Assembly (NCBI RefSeq): GCF_963921235.1
Contig: NW_026948142.1
Coordinates: 62,001-126,000 of the forward strand
DNA: 64,000 nucleotides
Reading direction: 5' to 3'
Source of the DNA: Mobula hypostoma
Taxonomy: Eukaryota
Of the stretch, positions 11,372 to 24,849 are shown piece after piece. The stretch's first letter is position 1. Each line of letters starts with the position of its first letter. The position numbers and the translations under genes are program-made. The notes beneath the pieces are model-generated. The model ran no database searches. It was not told the origin of the DNA and saw only the letters and a list, made by a program, of their open reading frames with translations.

Positions 11372-12827
11372 CTGTTACATTCTCAAACCAAAAGCCGTGG
11401 ATGAACCAGGAGGTACATCGTCTGCTGAAGGCTGGACCTGTGGCATTCAAGTCTGGCAACTCAGGTCTGTACCAGAAAAGCAGGAATGATCTGCAGAGGG
11501 CTATTTCAAGGGCCAAGAGACCATTTCAAACAAGGGTGGAGGCGATATCAGATGCATAGCAACTCTGGCAGGGTCTGCAAGACATTACTTCCTACAAAGC
11601 AAAACCCAATAGCATGAATGGCAGCGATGCTTCACTATCATATTAACTCAACGCCTTCTATGCATGCTTTGAAAGGGAGAACACAACTACAGTTGTGAAG
11701 ATCCCTGCTTCACCTGATGACCCTGTGATCTTTGTCTCGGAGGCCTATGTTCGGCTGTCTTTAAAGAGAATGAACCCTCACAAGGCAGAAGGTCTCAATG
11801 GAGTACCTGGTAAGGCTTGTGCCAACTGACTGGCGGGAGTATTCAAGGACATTTTCAACCTCTAACTGCTACAGACGGAAGTTCCCACTTGCTTCAAAAA
11901 GGCAACAATTATACCAGTGCCTAGGAAGAATAACAGGAGCTGCCTTAACGACTACTGCCCAGTAGCTCTCACATCTACAATGATGAAATGATTTGGTTAT
12001 GACTGGACTGAATTCCTGCCTCAGCAAGGACCTGGACCCATTGCATCTTGCCTATCGCCACAACAGGTCAACGGCAGATCCAATCTCACATGGCCTTCAC
12101 ACCACCTAGACAATGCAAATACCTATGTCAGGATGCTGTTCATTGACTATAGCTCAGCATTTAATACCATCACTCCCACAATCCTGATTGAGAGGTTACA
12201 GAACCTGGGCCTCTGTACTTCCCTCTCCAATTGGATCCCCGACTTCCTAACCGTAAAACCACAATCTGTGCAGATTGGTGATAACATCTCCTGGCAGGCT
12301 ACATCACTGTCTGGTATGGAGGGGCTTCTGCACAGGACCGAAAGCAGCTGCAAAAGGTTGTAAATCTAGTCAGCTCCATCTTGGGTACAAGCCTACGAAG
12401 TACCCAGGATATCTTCAAGGAGCGGTGTCTCGAAAAGGCTGCATCCATTATTAAGGACCTCCAGCACCCAGGGCATGCCCTTTTCTCACTGTTACCATCA
12501 GGTAGGAGATACAGAAGCCTGAAGGCACACACTCAGTGATTCAGGAACAGCTTCTTCCCCTCTGCCATCCGATTCCTAAATGGACATTGAATCCATGAAC
12601 ACTACCTCACTTTTTAACATATATTCTTTCTTGATTTTGCATGATTTTTAATCTATTCAATATACGTATACTGTAATTGATTTATTGATTTATTATTATT
12701 ATCATTTTCTTCTTCTTCTGTATTATCTACTGCATTGAACTGCTGCTGCTAAGATAACAAATTCACGACACATGGCAGTGATAATAAACCTGATTCTAAT
12801 TCAGATTCTCTGGTTTTTGTCCCACCC

Positions 12828-14128
12828 TCTCTGGCTATCCATCCCATAGGATGATGGTGGTTCCTTTCAGTCAGTTAGTGGGGTTTGATATGTGCATCCT
12901 GGAGTGACTGTACAGGCCGATCCTTGACGGGCACTGCTTGCCACATACTTGGCAGGTGAGGCCTGGAGGGGCAGCAGGGGCAGAAGCTCTGTTGCAGCGC
13001 TTCCTGTGCCTTTCCTCTGTTGCCTCATTGAGCTTGTTCTCAGCAGCGTCCACGTCCTTTCTGATGGCGTCCCTCCACTGTGAGCGATCTTGAGCCAGAT
13101 CCTCCCCATGTTGATGGGGCAATGTCAGCTTTCTTGAGGCTCCTGTGCAGAACATCCTTGTACCGTAGTCGCTGGCCTCCTTGTTTTCGGGTACCACTGG
13201 ACAGTTGGCCGTACAAGATGTCCTTGGGCAGTCTTCCGTCAGGCACTCTGCCAACACGTCCTGCCCAGCACAGCTGGGCTGACATTACCAAGGTTGAAAC
13301 TGCTGGCGTCCCAGCTCGAGAGAGGACCTCGGTATTAGAGACCTTGTCTCGCCAGGTGATCTTCATCAGAGAACGCAGGTGACATTGCTGCAGTTGGTCT
13401 AGCTGGTGTAAGTGACTCTGATATGGGCACCACATCTCACATCCATATAGCAAGGCTGATATGACAACGGCCCTGTGTACCTTGCACTTGGTGGCCAACC
13501 TGATGTTCTGTGACCAAACTCGATCTTTCAGCTGACCAAAGGCAAAGCAGGCTTTTCTGGTTCTTGACTCAATCTCTACATCCAGAGAAGCTGAGGATGT
13601 TATTATGCTTCCTAGGTAGCAAAACTTATTGACAGCATTGAGACGAGCGTCATCAATGAGGACAGTTGGTTCTTCGTAGCTTGAGCCGGGAGCCGGTTGG
13701 TACAAAACTTCCGTCTTTTTCAGGCTGATTGTCAGTCCGAAGCTTTTGGCTGCACTGGCAAAGCAACTGGTGATCTCCTGTAAGTCTTCGAGAGAGTGGG
13801 CTACCAGTGCACAGTCATCAGCAAACTAGTTCATGCGCCACAATGTCCTTGACTTTTGTTTTTGCTCTCAATCTTGCGAGATTGAGGAGCCCGCCATCAG
13901 CCCTCATTCAGGTCTGATGTGGCATCCTGAAGAACAGCAGCGAAGAATAGTCCAAACGGAGTAGGAGCCAGAACGCAACCCTGTTTTACACCGTTGCTAA
14001 TGGAAAATGGATCTGACAACTCACCACACATGTTGATGCGGCCTTCCATGCCTTCGTGGAACTGACGGATGATATTGGTTAGGCGTGGGGGGCAACTGAA
14101 TTTTGGTAGGAACTTCCACAGGCCATCT
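12828..14128 (-). mobile_element. RTE (BovB-like) LINE 3' portion
   Basis: GVKQGCVLAP, FADDCAL, FCYLGS, LLYGCE.W, WAG.V.R.PDGRLPK.ILYG.L and a C-terminal C2H2 finger CQVCGKQCPSRIGLYSH. Short TSD CACCC (12823-12827 and 14129-14133). Confidence 0.88.
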
Positions 14129-14395
14129 CACCCAACCTCAGTGGAAAGAGCCTACTTGCATTTACCCTATACATACTCCTCATAATATTGTATAGCTCTA
14201 TCAAATCTCCTCTCAATATACTATATTCTAAGGAATAAAGTCATAACCTATTCAATCTTTCCTTATAAATCAGGTCCTCCAGACCCAGCAACTATGTCTT
14301 ATGGTCTTATACTTGTAAATTTTCTCTGTACTCTTTCAATCATACTTAAATCATTCCCGTAGGTAGTTGACCAAACCTCACGCAATACTCCAAAT

Positions 14396-14960
14396 GTGGA
14401 TGGTTGTGCATGGTGGGTATGGGCCAAATTGAGGTGGCGGATCCCAGGCCCAAGAGTGGGAAATGAGCCAATGTTTGGCCATTGCTGGAGTGAACTTGGA
14501 GATGATTCGATGCAGCACATTGCAGGCAAGGCAAGGCAAGGCGATGTCGACGTGGCAGAGCTCGGGTCTGGGAGTGAGGAATGACTTGGGGTTCAGCCGA
14601 GTTAAGTGTCAGGCCAGATTGAAAAGGTCAGGATTGTGGGGCTGGAGGAGAGGGTCAGGTCGGTGTTCTGTGAAGCTCACTCATCCCTGTACTGAGCTGT
14701 GGCTACAGCCTGCAGCTAATGTGCCACAGTACTGGCCTCTCGCCTGTGGATTCACTTCTGTAAACTTCAGTTCTGAATCTTATTTGCTTACTTTTATTCT
14801 TTGCAAAATTTGTTTATTTTTCCTGCACATCGGGTGTTTTAGTCTTTTTACAGTACTGGGTTCTATTGTGTTTCTTTGTTTCATGCGTGCCTGTAAGGAG
14901 GCACACCTAAAGGATGTATATAGCATACTTAGTTAAGAGATGGAATTTAAACTTCAAACA
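14396..14960 (+). mobile_element. Unclassified non-coding repeat with a Rex-like 3' end
   Basis: GC-richer body followed by a T-rich segment and a decayed 3' end similar to 53400-53528. Confidence 0.35.
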
Positions 14961-15189
14961 GTTCACCACCATAACCAGAAGCAGTGCCACCTTACGTCAC
15001 ACTTCTGGCTGCAGCACACGTCAGTACTCAATGGATGACAGTTATTCACCCAGTTACTCCGTCACTCCCATTACAAGCACCAGTTATTCCCATTACTCCT
15101 GCTACTTACTTTGGTGAATCAACGATGCCTCACAATCTCATAACCTCCCCAACCAAGGGCAAGATCCAGGAAACATCACCACTGGCAGA

Positions 15190-15620
15190 ATCCAAATCCA
15201 AATCCAAATCAGGTTTAATATCACCGGCATATGTCGTGAAAGTTGTTATTATGCAGCTGCTTTACAATGTAATACACAATAATTTTAAAAACTGTAAATT
15301 ACACTAAATATATATTTATTTAAAAAGTTAAATTAAGTAAATGGTTCAAAAAAGAGAGAAAGAAAGGAACGAGGTAGTTTTCATGGGTTCACTGTCCATT
15401 CAGAAATGTGATGGTGGAGGGGAAGAAGCTGTTCCTGAACTGTTTGTGTGTGTGTCTTCAGGCTCCTGTACCTCCCCCCAAAGGCAGCAATGCAGCAACG
15501 AGAGGAAGGCATGGCCTGGCTGATGGGGTTTCTCAATGATGGACACTGTCCTGGATGCTGAGGAGGCTGGTGCCCATGATGGATCTGGCTGAGTTTTGAT
15601 CACATGCAGTGTCCCCCAGT
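15190..15620 (-). mobile_element. Rex1 3'-end fragment
   Basis: Tail (AATCCA/AATCAG)n-GTTTAATATCAC, plus SIIEKPHQPGHAFLSLL in ORF 15400-15735. Confidence 0.6.
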
Positions 15621-15632
15621 ACAAAATAGTGC

Positions 15633-17830
15633 TCATAAGGTCATAAGACAAGGGAGCAGAATTATTTTCATGAACTTCCTTTGAACTCTCTCGAATGTAA
15701 GCATATGCTTTCTTAAATAAGGGGTTCGAAACCACTCACAATTGTCCAAGTGAGACCTCACCAGTGCCTTATAAAACATAAACATAACATCCTTGCTTTT
15801 ATATTTCTGTCCCCTTGAGATGAATGCTGACATTGCAATTGCCTTCCTCACCACCGATTCAACCTGCAAATTAACCTTTAGGGAACACTACAAGAGGACT
15901 CCCAAGTCCTTTGCATTGCAGATTTTTGTATTTTCTCCCTATTTAGAAAATAGTCTATGCATTTATTCCTTCTATCAAAGTGCATGACTGTACACTTACC
16001 GACACTATACTCTATCAACCACTTTGACCTTTTCCCTAAACTGACTAAGTCCTCTGCAGCCTCTCTGCTACCTCAAAACTACCTGCCCCTCCTCCTACCT
16101 TTCTATGGTCCACAGACTTGGCCACAAAGTCATCTATTCCTTCATACAAATTATTGACATGCCTCTCAAAGTCCAATCTTACATCCCCTTCATAAGAGGT
16201 GGAAATGGCTAAGGCCAGCCAACAGGGCTGTGCTGAGCTATATAGGCCAATCCCTGTACAGTGGATATGGTGAATTACAGAAACGTTGATGAACATCAAC
16301 CGTACCATTCACTATGGATGAAGGAGATGGGAAGTCATCAATGGCCCATACTGCACTGGCAGCTAAGCACCCAAGCGGAAGAAATCATTGACATATAATG
16401 TAAAAAGAACTGGTCCCAACACAGACCCATATGGAACAACACTAGTCAATGGCAGTCAACCAGAAAAGGCTTCCTTTATTGCCACTGTTTGCCTTCTGCC
16501 AATCAGCCAATGCTCTATCCATTCTTGTATCTTTCCTGTAATAGCATGAGCTCTTAATTTGTTTTGCAGCCTCATGTGTGGCACCTTGTCAAAAGCCTTC
16601 TGAAAATCCAGGTACACAACATCTTCTGGTTCTCCTTTGTCTATCCTGCTTGTTATTTCTTCAAAGGAGTCTAACAGATTTTTCAGGCAAGATTTATCCT
16701 TAAAGAAACCATGCTGACTACAGCCTATTTTTCATGTGCCTCCAAGTACCTCAAAGTCACATCCTTAACAACCGATTCCAACATCTTCCCAACCACTGAG
16801 GTCAGACTAACTGACCTGTAATTTCCTTTCTTCTCCCTCTCTCTCTTCTTAAAGAGTGGAGTGGCATTCGCAATTTTCCAGTCCTCCTGAACCATGCCAG
16901 AATCAATTGATTCTTGAAAGATTGTTACTAATGCCTCCACAATCTCTTCAGCTACCTACTTCAGAATGCTGGGGCCCAGCCCAGCCCAGGTGACTTATCA
17001 GACCTTCTGGTTTCTCAAGCACCTTTTGCCCCCTAACACTCTTGTACCTCTGGCATACTGCTGGTGTTTCCACAGTGAAGACTGATGCAAAGTGCTTGTT
17101 CAGTTCATTCGCCATTACCTTGTCCCCCATTACTACCTCTCCAGCATCATTTTCCAGTGGTCTGATATCTATGCTTGCCTCTCTGCTACTCTTCATACAT
17201 GCTTGAAGAAACTTCTGGTATCCTCTTTAAATTATTGATCAGCTTATCTTTGTAGTCCACCTATTCTTTCTTTATGACTTTTTTGGTTGCCTTCTGTTGG
17301 TTTTTAAAAGCTTTCCAATCCTTTAACTTCCCACTAATGTTTGTTGTATTATATGTCCTCTCTGTGGCTTTTATGTTGGCTTTGACTTCTCTTGTCAGCC
17401 ACAGTTGCATCATCCTGCCTATAGAATGCTTCATCTTCTTTGGGATGTAACTATCTGAAGCCTTTTGAATTGCTCCCAGTATTCCAGCCATTACTGCTCT
17501 TCAATTATCCCTGCTTGTGTTCTCTTCCAATCTATCCAATCTATTTTGGCCAGCTCCTCTCTCATGCCTCTGTATTTCCCCTTACTCCACTGTAATACTG
17601 ATACATCTGACTTTAGCTTCTCCTTCTCAAATTGTAGAGTGAATTTATCATATTATGATCACTGGACCCTAAGTGTTCCTTTACCTTAAGCTCTCTAATC
17701 AATTCCAATTCATTGGACAACATCCAATCCAGAACAGCTGATCCCTAGTGGGCTCAACCATGAACTGCTCTAAAAAGCCATCTTGTAGGTATTCTACAAG
17801 TACTCCTCTTGGAATCCAGAACCAACCTGA
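15633..17830 (-). mobile_element. CR1 ORF2, decayed with deletions
   Basis: ORFs 17261-17491, 16948-17196, 16725-16940 and 15633-15869 match CR1 ORF2 segments seen elsewhere in the window. Confidence 0.85.
16161..16381 (+). mobile_element. 221-bp insertion, possibly an RTE-class 3'-end fragment
   Basis: 13-bp TSD AAAT(T/C)ATTGACAT (16148-16160 and 16382-16394). Weak RTE-like peptides RWKWL and WEVINGPYCTGS*. Confidence 0.5.
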
Positions 17831-18212
17831 TCCTAACTGAAGTAGCCAGTTAGAATGCTTCTACAGTACATCTGTAGGCTGCTGGCTTGGAAACGACTCT
17901 CTGGGTGTAAGCGGTGAACTCCATCCCAGAAGCTCTGTGGAAGTACCTTCACCAGGTAGATGAGAGGGCTAACAGTGTTTTGCTGACCCCAACACAGCAT
18001 CAGTGGCCCAGAGACAACAAGGGATTACCACAGATGGAGGGCAGACTTGACAGGATGGTGAGTGGCCACTGGCTGGTGCATTTAGAGCACATCAACAAAG
18101 AATACGGGCCTTGCCTCTGTGATTAGGATCACTGCTGGTCCCACACCTCAGTCCTGTTTTCCAATATGATTTCCATTTCACCCGATCCTCTCAGTATCCA
18201 AAAACCTGTCGA

Positions 18213-18500
18213 CTGACATAGCATAGTGGTTAGCACAACATGTTACACTACAGGCAACCCGGGGTCAATTCTTCCTGCCTGGAAGAAGTTTGTACATTCT
18301 CCCCGTGACCACGTGGGTTTACTCCAGGTGCTCCAGTTTCCTCCCACAGTCCAAAGACCGATCAGTTAGTAGGTTAATGGGTCATTGTATATTGTCCCAT
18401 GATTAGGCTAAGATTAAATTGGGGCGGGGGGTGGCAGTTGCTGGGCGATGTGGTTCGAAGGGCTGGAAGGGCCTATTCCATACTGTATTTCAGTAAATAA
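18213..18500 (+). mobile_element. V-SINE (HE1-like), tRNA-derived, with CR1-type tail
   Basis: A-box-like TAGCATAGTGG; V-domain GTGGGTTT.CTCC.GGTGCTCC.GTTTCCTCCCACAGTCCAAAGAC; 3' GAAGGGCCT.TTCC...CTGTA shared with CR1 3' ends. Confidence 0.8.
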
Positions 18501-18550
18501 ATTAATAACTTTATTGACTGAACCTGTGCTGCAGAGAATTCCAAAGGCAC

Positions 18551-18652
18551 TTCCCAGATATCCCAGATATTCCATATCCCACTTATCCCAGAAATATCAG
18601 ATCCTATATCCTATTTCTTAGATATTCCATATCCCATATATTCCATTTCCCA
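18551..18652. repeat. Degenerate short tandem repeat (ATATCCCAG/ATATTCC-like)
   Basis: Direct reading of the sequence. Confidence 0.6.
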
Positions 18653-19079
18653 GAGAGCATCCTGGTGAATTTCCTCAGTAGTGTCTCCAATGCAATCTCA
18701 TCCTCACTACAGTGTAATGGCTAGAATTTCACATGATACTCCAGCAGAGGCCGAACCAGCTGTTTATAAAGTTGTACCACAACCTCCCTGGTTTTACATT
18801 TTATACCCTGGGTTGTATCAGCTCTGCTGTCTTCACCATCATACCTAGCTACACTGCCATCTTCAGGAATCCTTGGATTTGTCTACCAAGGCCCTTCTGT
18901 TCCTCAAACACTGCTTGGCCACTGCCAATCATTGCGCATGTCCTGCCCCTATCAGTCTTCCCAACATGCATCACCTTCTATTTCACCAAATGATCAATAT
19001 CTTCCTGTTACTTGAAACTCTCCTCACTATCAACACCACCAGTTTTCAGGTTAAGTGAAAATTTACAGATCAAACCTTT

Positions 19080-19975
19080 AAGTGAGATCAGATGAGACCC
19101 AGGGTGAGCTTGTCTATTGGATTTCAGCTCCAGGTCTGTAACCAGCGGTATTTCGCAGGGATACACGGCGGTTTGTCATCCATATTCCCAATATGGATGT
19201 AGGTGACATAATTAGAAATTTTCTAGATGACACCAAATTTGGTAGTTTATAAGGAGATGTTATGTAAGGTTACAACAGGATCTAAATCAACTGCAAAAGT
19301 GTGCAAAAAATGGCAGATGGTATTTAACTTGGATAAGTAAAGTGTTATATTTTGGGAAGTACTGGACACACCCAGTAAATGTCAGGGTCCTAGGGAGTGA
19401 TGTAAACCAGTGAGAACTCGGGGTACAAGTACATAGCTCACTGAACGTGGTGACACAGGTAGACAAAGTGGTGAGTGTCTTTCTGCAGAATCCTCTCAGC
19501 CATCAGAATGATCAATAAATCAGCTCCAGCCTCCTTGCCAAGATAGCAATGCCAGCTCTGAGATCACATTCGCATTCTCCATGTTGATCAGATGCCCAAC
19601 ACTAAAGTGAAACAGGCACTTCGCTCATAACTCTATTATGACAATGGATTACCAAGGGAACAAATGAAATGGGCAAAGAAATGGTATTTGGAGTTCACCT
19701 GAACAAATGTGAGGTGTTGAACTGTGGGTTGTTAAGTACGGGGAGAGTACACAGTAAATTACATGACTCTTGCTGATGTGCCTAGGATCTTGGGGTTCAA
19801 GTTCACAGCTCCCTGTCAGTGGCAACATAAGCAGACAGAGTGAAAATGAAGGTGTCTGGCTTGCTTGCCATCATTGGTCAGGTCATTGAATATAAAAGTT
19901 GACAAGTCATGTTGCAACTGAATAAAACTTTCTTTAGGCCACATTTGGAGTACAGTACTATGTCCGGTTTTCTCA
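19080..19975 (+). mobile_element. Old, heavily decayed CR1 RT fragments
   Basis: Remnants of KF.DDTK, WQM.FN, LGVQVHSSL and RPHLEY. Confidence 0.6.
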
Positions 19976-20239
19976 TGTGGGAGAAACAAATCTATTTCAT
20001 TAACAGAAAGGCGCAGCAGGTAATATGCTTCTTGTGGTAGCTGGTACCATGTCATCTTCCACAGAACCTCCTGGGACAATTCTACACTGCCATCACAGAG
20101 AGAATCCTCACATCAGCCATTATTATCCGGTTTGGTGATTCCATCTTCCCCAGAGCGTACTTGTACAATTCTACACTATCATCACAGAGAGAATCCTCAC
20201 ATCAGCCATTACTGTCTAGTTCAGTGATTCCATCTCACA

Positions 20240-21017
20240 AACATGGAAACATAGAAAACCTACAGCACAATACAGCCCCTTCGGCTCACAAAGCTGTGCT
20301 GAACATATCCCTACCTTAGAACTACCCAAGCTTTACCCATTGCCCTCTATTTTTCTAAGCTCCATGTAGCCATCCAGGAGTCTCTTAAAAGACCCTATCG
20401 TTTCCGCCTCCACCACTGCCGCCAGCAGCCCATTCCACGCACTCACCACTCTCTGCGTAAAAAACTTAACCCTGACATCTCCTATGTACCTACTTCCAAG
20501 CGCTTTAAAACTATGCCCTCTCGTACTAGCCATTTCAGTCCTGGGGATAAGCCTCTGACTATCCACACAATCAATGCCTCTCATTATCTTGTACACCTCT
20601 ATCAGGTCACCTCTCATCCTCCATTGCTCCAAGGAGAAAAGGCCGAGTTCGCTCAACCTGTTCTCATTAGACATGCTCCCCAATCCAGGCAACATCCTTG
20701 TAAATCTCCTCTACACCCTTTCTATGGTTTCCACGTCCTTCCTGTTGTGAGGCGACCAGAATTGAGCACGGTACTCCAAGTGGGGTCTGACTAGTATCCC
20801 ATGTAGCCGCAACATTACCTCTCGGCTCTTAAACTCAATGCCACGACTGATGAAGGTCAATGCACCGTATGCCTTCTTAAACACAGGGTCAACCTGCGTA
20901 GCAGCTTTGAGTGTCCTATGGATTCGGACCCCAAGATGCCTCTGATCGTCCATGGGGTACCTTATCAAATGCCTTGCTGAAATCCATATACACGACATCT
21001 ACTGCTCTACCTTCATC
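20240..21017 (-). mobile_element. CR1 3' portion (continues at 24564-24800)
   Basis: ORFs 20333-20695 and 20711-20998. The host sequence cttcatc|aatgtgtttagtc is split by the CR1 at 21018-24563. Confidence 0.8.
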
Positions 21018-24000
21018 GGGCACGGAATCTGACCCTGTGGTGCAGAAGGGTGGGACGGAGAAGAGGAGAGCTGTTGTCACTGGGGACTCTATAGTCAGGG
21101 GAGCAGACAGGAGATTTTGTGGACATGAAAAGGACGCCCGCATGGCTTGTTGCCTCCCAGGTGCCAGGGTCCGGGATGTCTCCGGGTGCATGACATCCTG
21201 GTACGAGAGGGAAAGCAAGCAGAAGTCGTGATACATGTTGGCACCAACGACATAGGCAGGAAGAGGGATGAGGTCCTGAAGTGTGAGTTTTGGGAACTAG
21301 GCAGAAGGCTGAAAAACAGGACCTCAAGGGTGATGTTCTCAGGATTGCTGCCAGTGCTACTATATAGTGATAGTAAGAATTGGAGGAGATGGCAGTTGAA
21401 TGCGTGGCTGAGGAGTTGGTGCAGGAGACAAGGTTTTAGATTTTTGGATCATTGGGATCTCTTCTGGGGAAGGTGGGACCTGTACAGATTAGATGGGTTG
21501 CACCTGAACTCGAGGGGGAGAAATATGCTTGCAGGTAGGTTTGCTAGCCTGGTTCGGGAGGGTTTAAACTAATTTGCAAGGGGGATGGGACCCAGAGCGA
21601 TAGAGCAGTGAAAGAAGTGCATGGAGTAAAGCCAGATCTAACATGTAAAGAGTCTTTGAGGAAAGAGAAGCAGAATAAACGGTGTAAAGACAGTAAGGTA
21701 GAAGGGCTAAAGTGCGTGTACTTCAAAGCAAGAAGCATCAGGAACAAAGGTGATGAACTGAGAGCTTGGATACATACATGGAATTATGATGTAGTGGCCA
21801 CTACAGAGACTTGACTGGTACCAGGGCAGGAATGGATTCCCAATATTCCTGGATTTCAGTGCTTTAAAAGGGATAGAGAGGGGGGAAAGGGGGGAGGAGG
21901 GGTGGCATTACTGGTCAGGAATACTATTACAGCTACAGAAAGGATGGGTAATGTAGCAGGATCCTCTTTTGAGTTAGTATGGATGGAAGTCAGGAACAGG
22001 AAGGGAGCAGTTACTCTATTGGGAGTATTCCATAGGCCCCCCTGGTAGCAGCAGAGATACCGAGGAGCAGATTGGGAGGCAGATTTTGGAAAGGTGCAAA
22101 AATAACAGTGTTGTTATCATGGGTGACTTTAACTTCCCTCATACTGATTGGCACCAGCTTAGTTCCAATGGTTCAGACCGGGCAGAGTTTGTTAAATGTG
22201 TCCAGGACGGATTCCTGTCACAGTATGTGGACAGGCTGACTGGGGGAATGCCATACTAGATCTAATATTAGGTAACAAACCTGGTCAGGTCACAGATCTC
22301 TCAGTGGGTGAGCATCTGGGGGACAGTGACCACCGCTCCCTGGCCTTTAGCATTATCATGGAAAAGGATAGAATCAGAGAGGACAGGAAAATTTTTAACT
22401 CGGGAAGGACAAATTCTGAGGCTATAAGGCTAGAACTTGCGGATGTGAATTGGGATGATGTTTTTGCATTGAAATCTACTATGGACATGTGGTGATGTTG
22501 AGGGATCTCTTGCAGGATGTTAGGGATAAATTTGTCCCGGTGAGGAAGATAAAGAATGGTAGGGTGAAGGAACCATGGGTGACAACTAAGGTGGAAAATC
22601 TAGTTAGCTGGAAGAAGGCAACATAAATGAGGTTTAGTAAGCAAGGATCAGATGGGTCTATTGAGGAATATAGGGTAGCAAGAAGAGAGCTTAAGAGGGG
22701 GCTGAGAAGAGCAAGAAGGGGGCATGAGAAGGCCTTGGTGAATAGGGTAAAGGAAAACCCCAAGGCATTCTTCAATTATGTGAAGAACAAGAGGATGACA
22801 AGAGTGAAGGTAGGACCGATTAGAGATAAAGGTGGGAAGATGTGCCTGGAGGCTGTGGAAGTGAGCGAGGTCCTCAATGAATACTTCTCTTTAGTATTCA
22901 CCAATGAGAGGGAACTTGATGGCGGTGAGGACAATATGAGTGAGGTTGATGTTCTGGAGCATGTTGATATTAAGGGAGAGGAGGTGTTGGAGTTGTTAAA
23001 ATACATTAGGACGGATAAGTCCCCGGGGCCTGACGGAATATTCCCCAGGCTGCTCCACGAGGCAAGGGAAGAGATTACTGAGCCTCTGGCTAGGATCTTT
23101 ATGTCCTCGTTGTCCACGGGAATGGTACCGGAGGATTGGAGGGAGGCAAATGTTGTCCCCTTGTTCTAAAAAGGTAGCAGGGATAGTCTGGGTAATTATA
23201 GACCAGTGAGCCTTATGTCTGTGGTGGGAAAGCTGTTGGAAAAGATTCTTAGAGATAGGATCTATCGGCATTTAGAGAATCATGGTCTGATCAGGGACAG
23301 TCAGCATGGCTTTGTGAAGGGCAGATCATGTCTAACAAGCCTGACAAGAGTTCTTTGAGGAGGTGACCAGGCATATAGATGAGGGTAGTGCAGTGGACGT
23401 GATCTATATGGATTTTAATAAGGCATTTGACAAGGTTCCACATGGTAGGCTTATTCAGAAAGTCAGAAGGCATGGGATCCAGGGAATTTTGGCCAGATGG
23501 ATTCAGAATTGGCTTGCCTGCGGAAAGCAGAGGGTGGTGGTGGAGGGAGTACATTCAGATTGGAGGATTGTGACTAGTGGTGTCCCACAAGGATCTGTTC
23601 TGGGACCTCAACTTTTCGTAATTTTTATTAACAACCTGGATGTCGGGGTAGAAGGGTGGGTTGGCAAGTTTGCAGACGACACAAAGGTTGGTGGTGTTGT
23701 AGATAGTGTAGAGGATTGTCAAAGGTTGCAGAGAGACATTGATAGGATGAGGAAGTGGGCTGAGAAGTGGCAGATGGAGTTCAACCCGGAGAAGTGTGAG
23801 GTGGTACACTTTGGAAGGATAAACTCCAAGGCAGAGTACAAGGCAAATGGCAGGATACTTGGTAGTATGGAGGAGCAGAGGGATCTCGGGGTACATGTCC
23901 ACAGATCCCTGAAAGTTGCCTCACAGGTAGATAGGGTAGTTAAGAAAGCTTATGGGGTGTTAGCTTTCATAAGTCGAGGGATAGAGTTTAAGAGTCGCGA

Positions 24001-24563
24001 TGTAATGATGCAGCTCTATAAAACTCTGGTTAGGCCACACTTGGAGTACTGTGTCCAGTTCTGGTCGCCTCACGATAGGAAGGATGTGGAAGCATTGGAA
24101 AGGGTACAGAGGAGATTTACCAGAATGCTGCCTGGTTTAGAAAGTATGCATTATGATCAAAGATTAAGGGAGCTAGGGCTTCACTCTTTGGAGAGAAGGT
24201 GGATGAGAGGAGACATGACAGAGGTGTACAAGATAATAAGAGGAATAGATAGAGTGGACAGCCAGTGCCTCTTCCCCAGGGCACCACTGCTCAATACAAG
24301 AGGACATGGCTTTAAGGTAAGGGGTGGGAAGTTCAAGGGGGATATTAGAGGAAGGTTTTTTACTCAGAGAGTGGTTGGTGCGTTGAATGCACTGCCTGAG
24401 TCAGTGGTGGAGGCAGATACACTAGTGAAATTTAAGAGACTACTAGACAGGTATATGGAGGAATTTAGGTGGGGGGTTATATAGGAGGTAGGGTTTAACG
24501 GCCGGCACAACATTGTGGGCTGAAGGGCCTGTACTGTGCTGTACTATTCTATGTTCTATGTTT
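21018..24563 (+). mobile_element. Near-full-length CR1: ORF1 SGNH-esterase C-terminal half + ORF2 EN-RT (few lesions)
   Basis: ORF1 motifs GDSIVRG, HVGTND and DGLHLN. ORF2 EN and RT, with a 373-aa open RT stretch at 23363-24484. (TTCTATG)n tail. Confidence 0.92.
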
Positions 24564-24849
24564 AATGTGTTTAGTCCTATCAGGCTCATAAGGCATGACC
24601 TGCCTTTCACAAAGCCATGCTGACTATTCCTAACCATATTTTGCCTCTCCAAATGTTCATCAATCCTGCTTCTCAGGATCTTCTCCATCAACTTACCAAC
24701 CACCAAAGTAAGACTCACTGGCCTATAATTTCCTGGGCTATCCCTACTCCCTTTCTTGAATAAGGGAACAACATCCACAAGCCTCCAATCCTCCGGAACC
24801 CCACGCAAGTATCCCCTGAACAAAATGGTGCAAATCTACGCTGCTATCA

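Larger units (their letters stand above)
9553..12807 (+). mobile_element. Rex1/Babar LINE (EN end + partial RT + 3'UTR), internally deleted near 12290 and interrupted by an LTR
   Basis: Motifs [35 protein letters not shown] and SIIKDLQHPGHALFSLLPSGRRYRS; (TGATTC)-type tail. Inserted into a minus-strand CR1 fragment that resumes at 12808. Confidence 0.85.
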
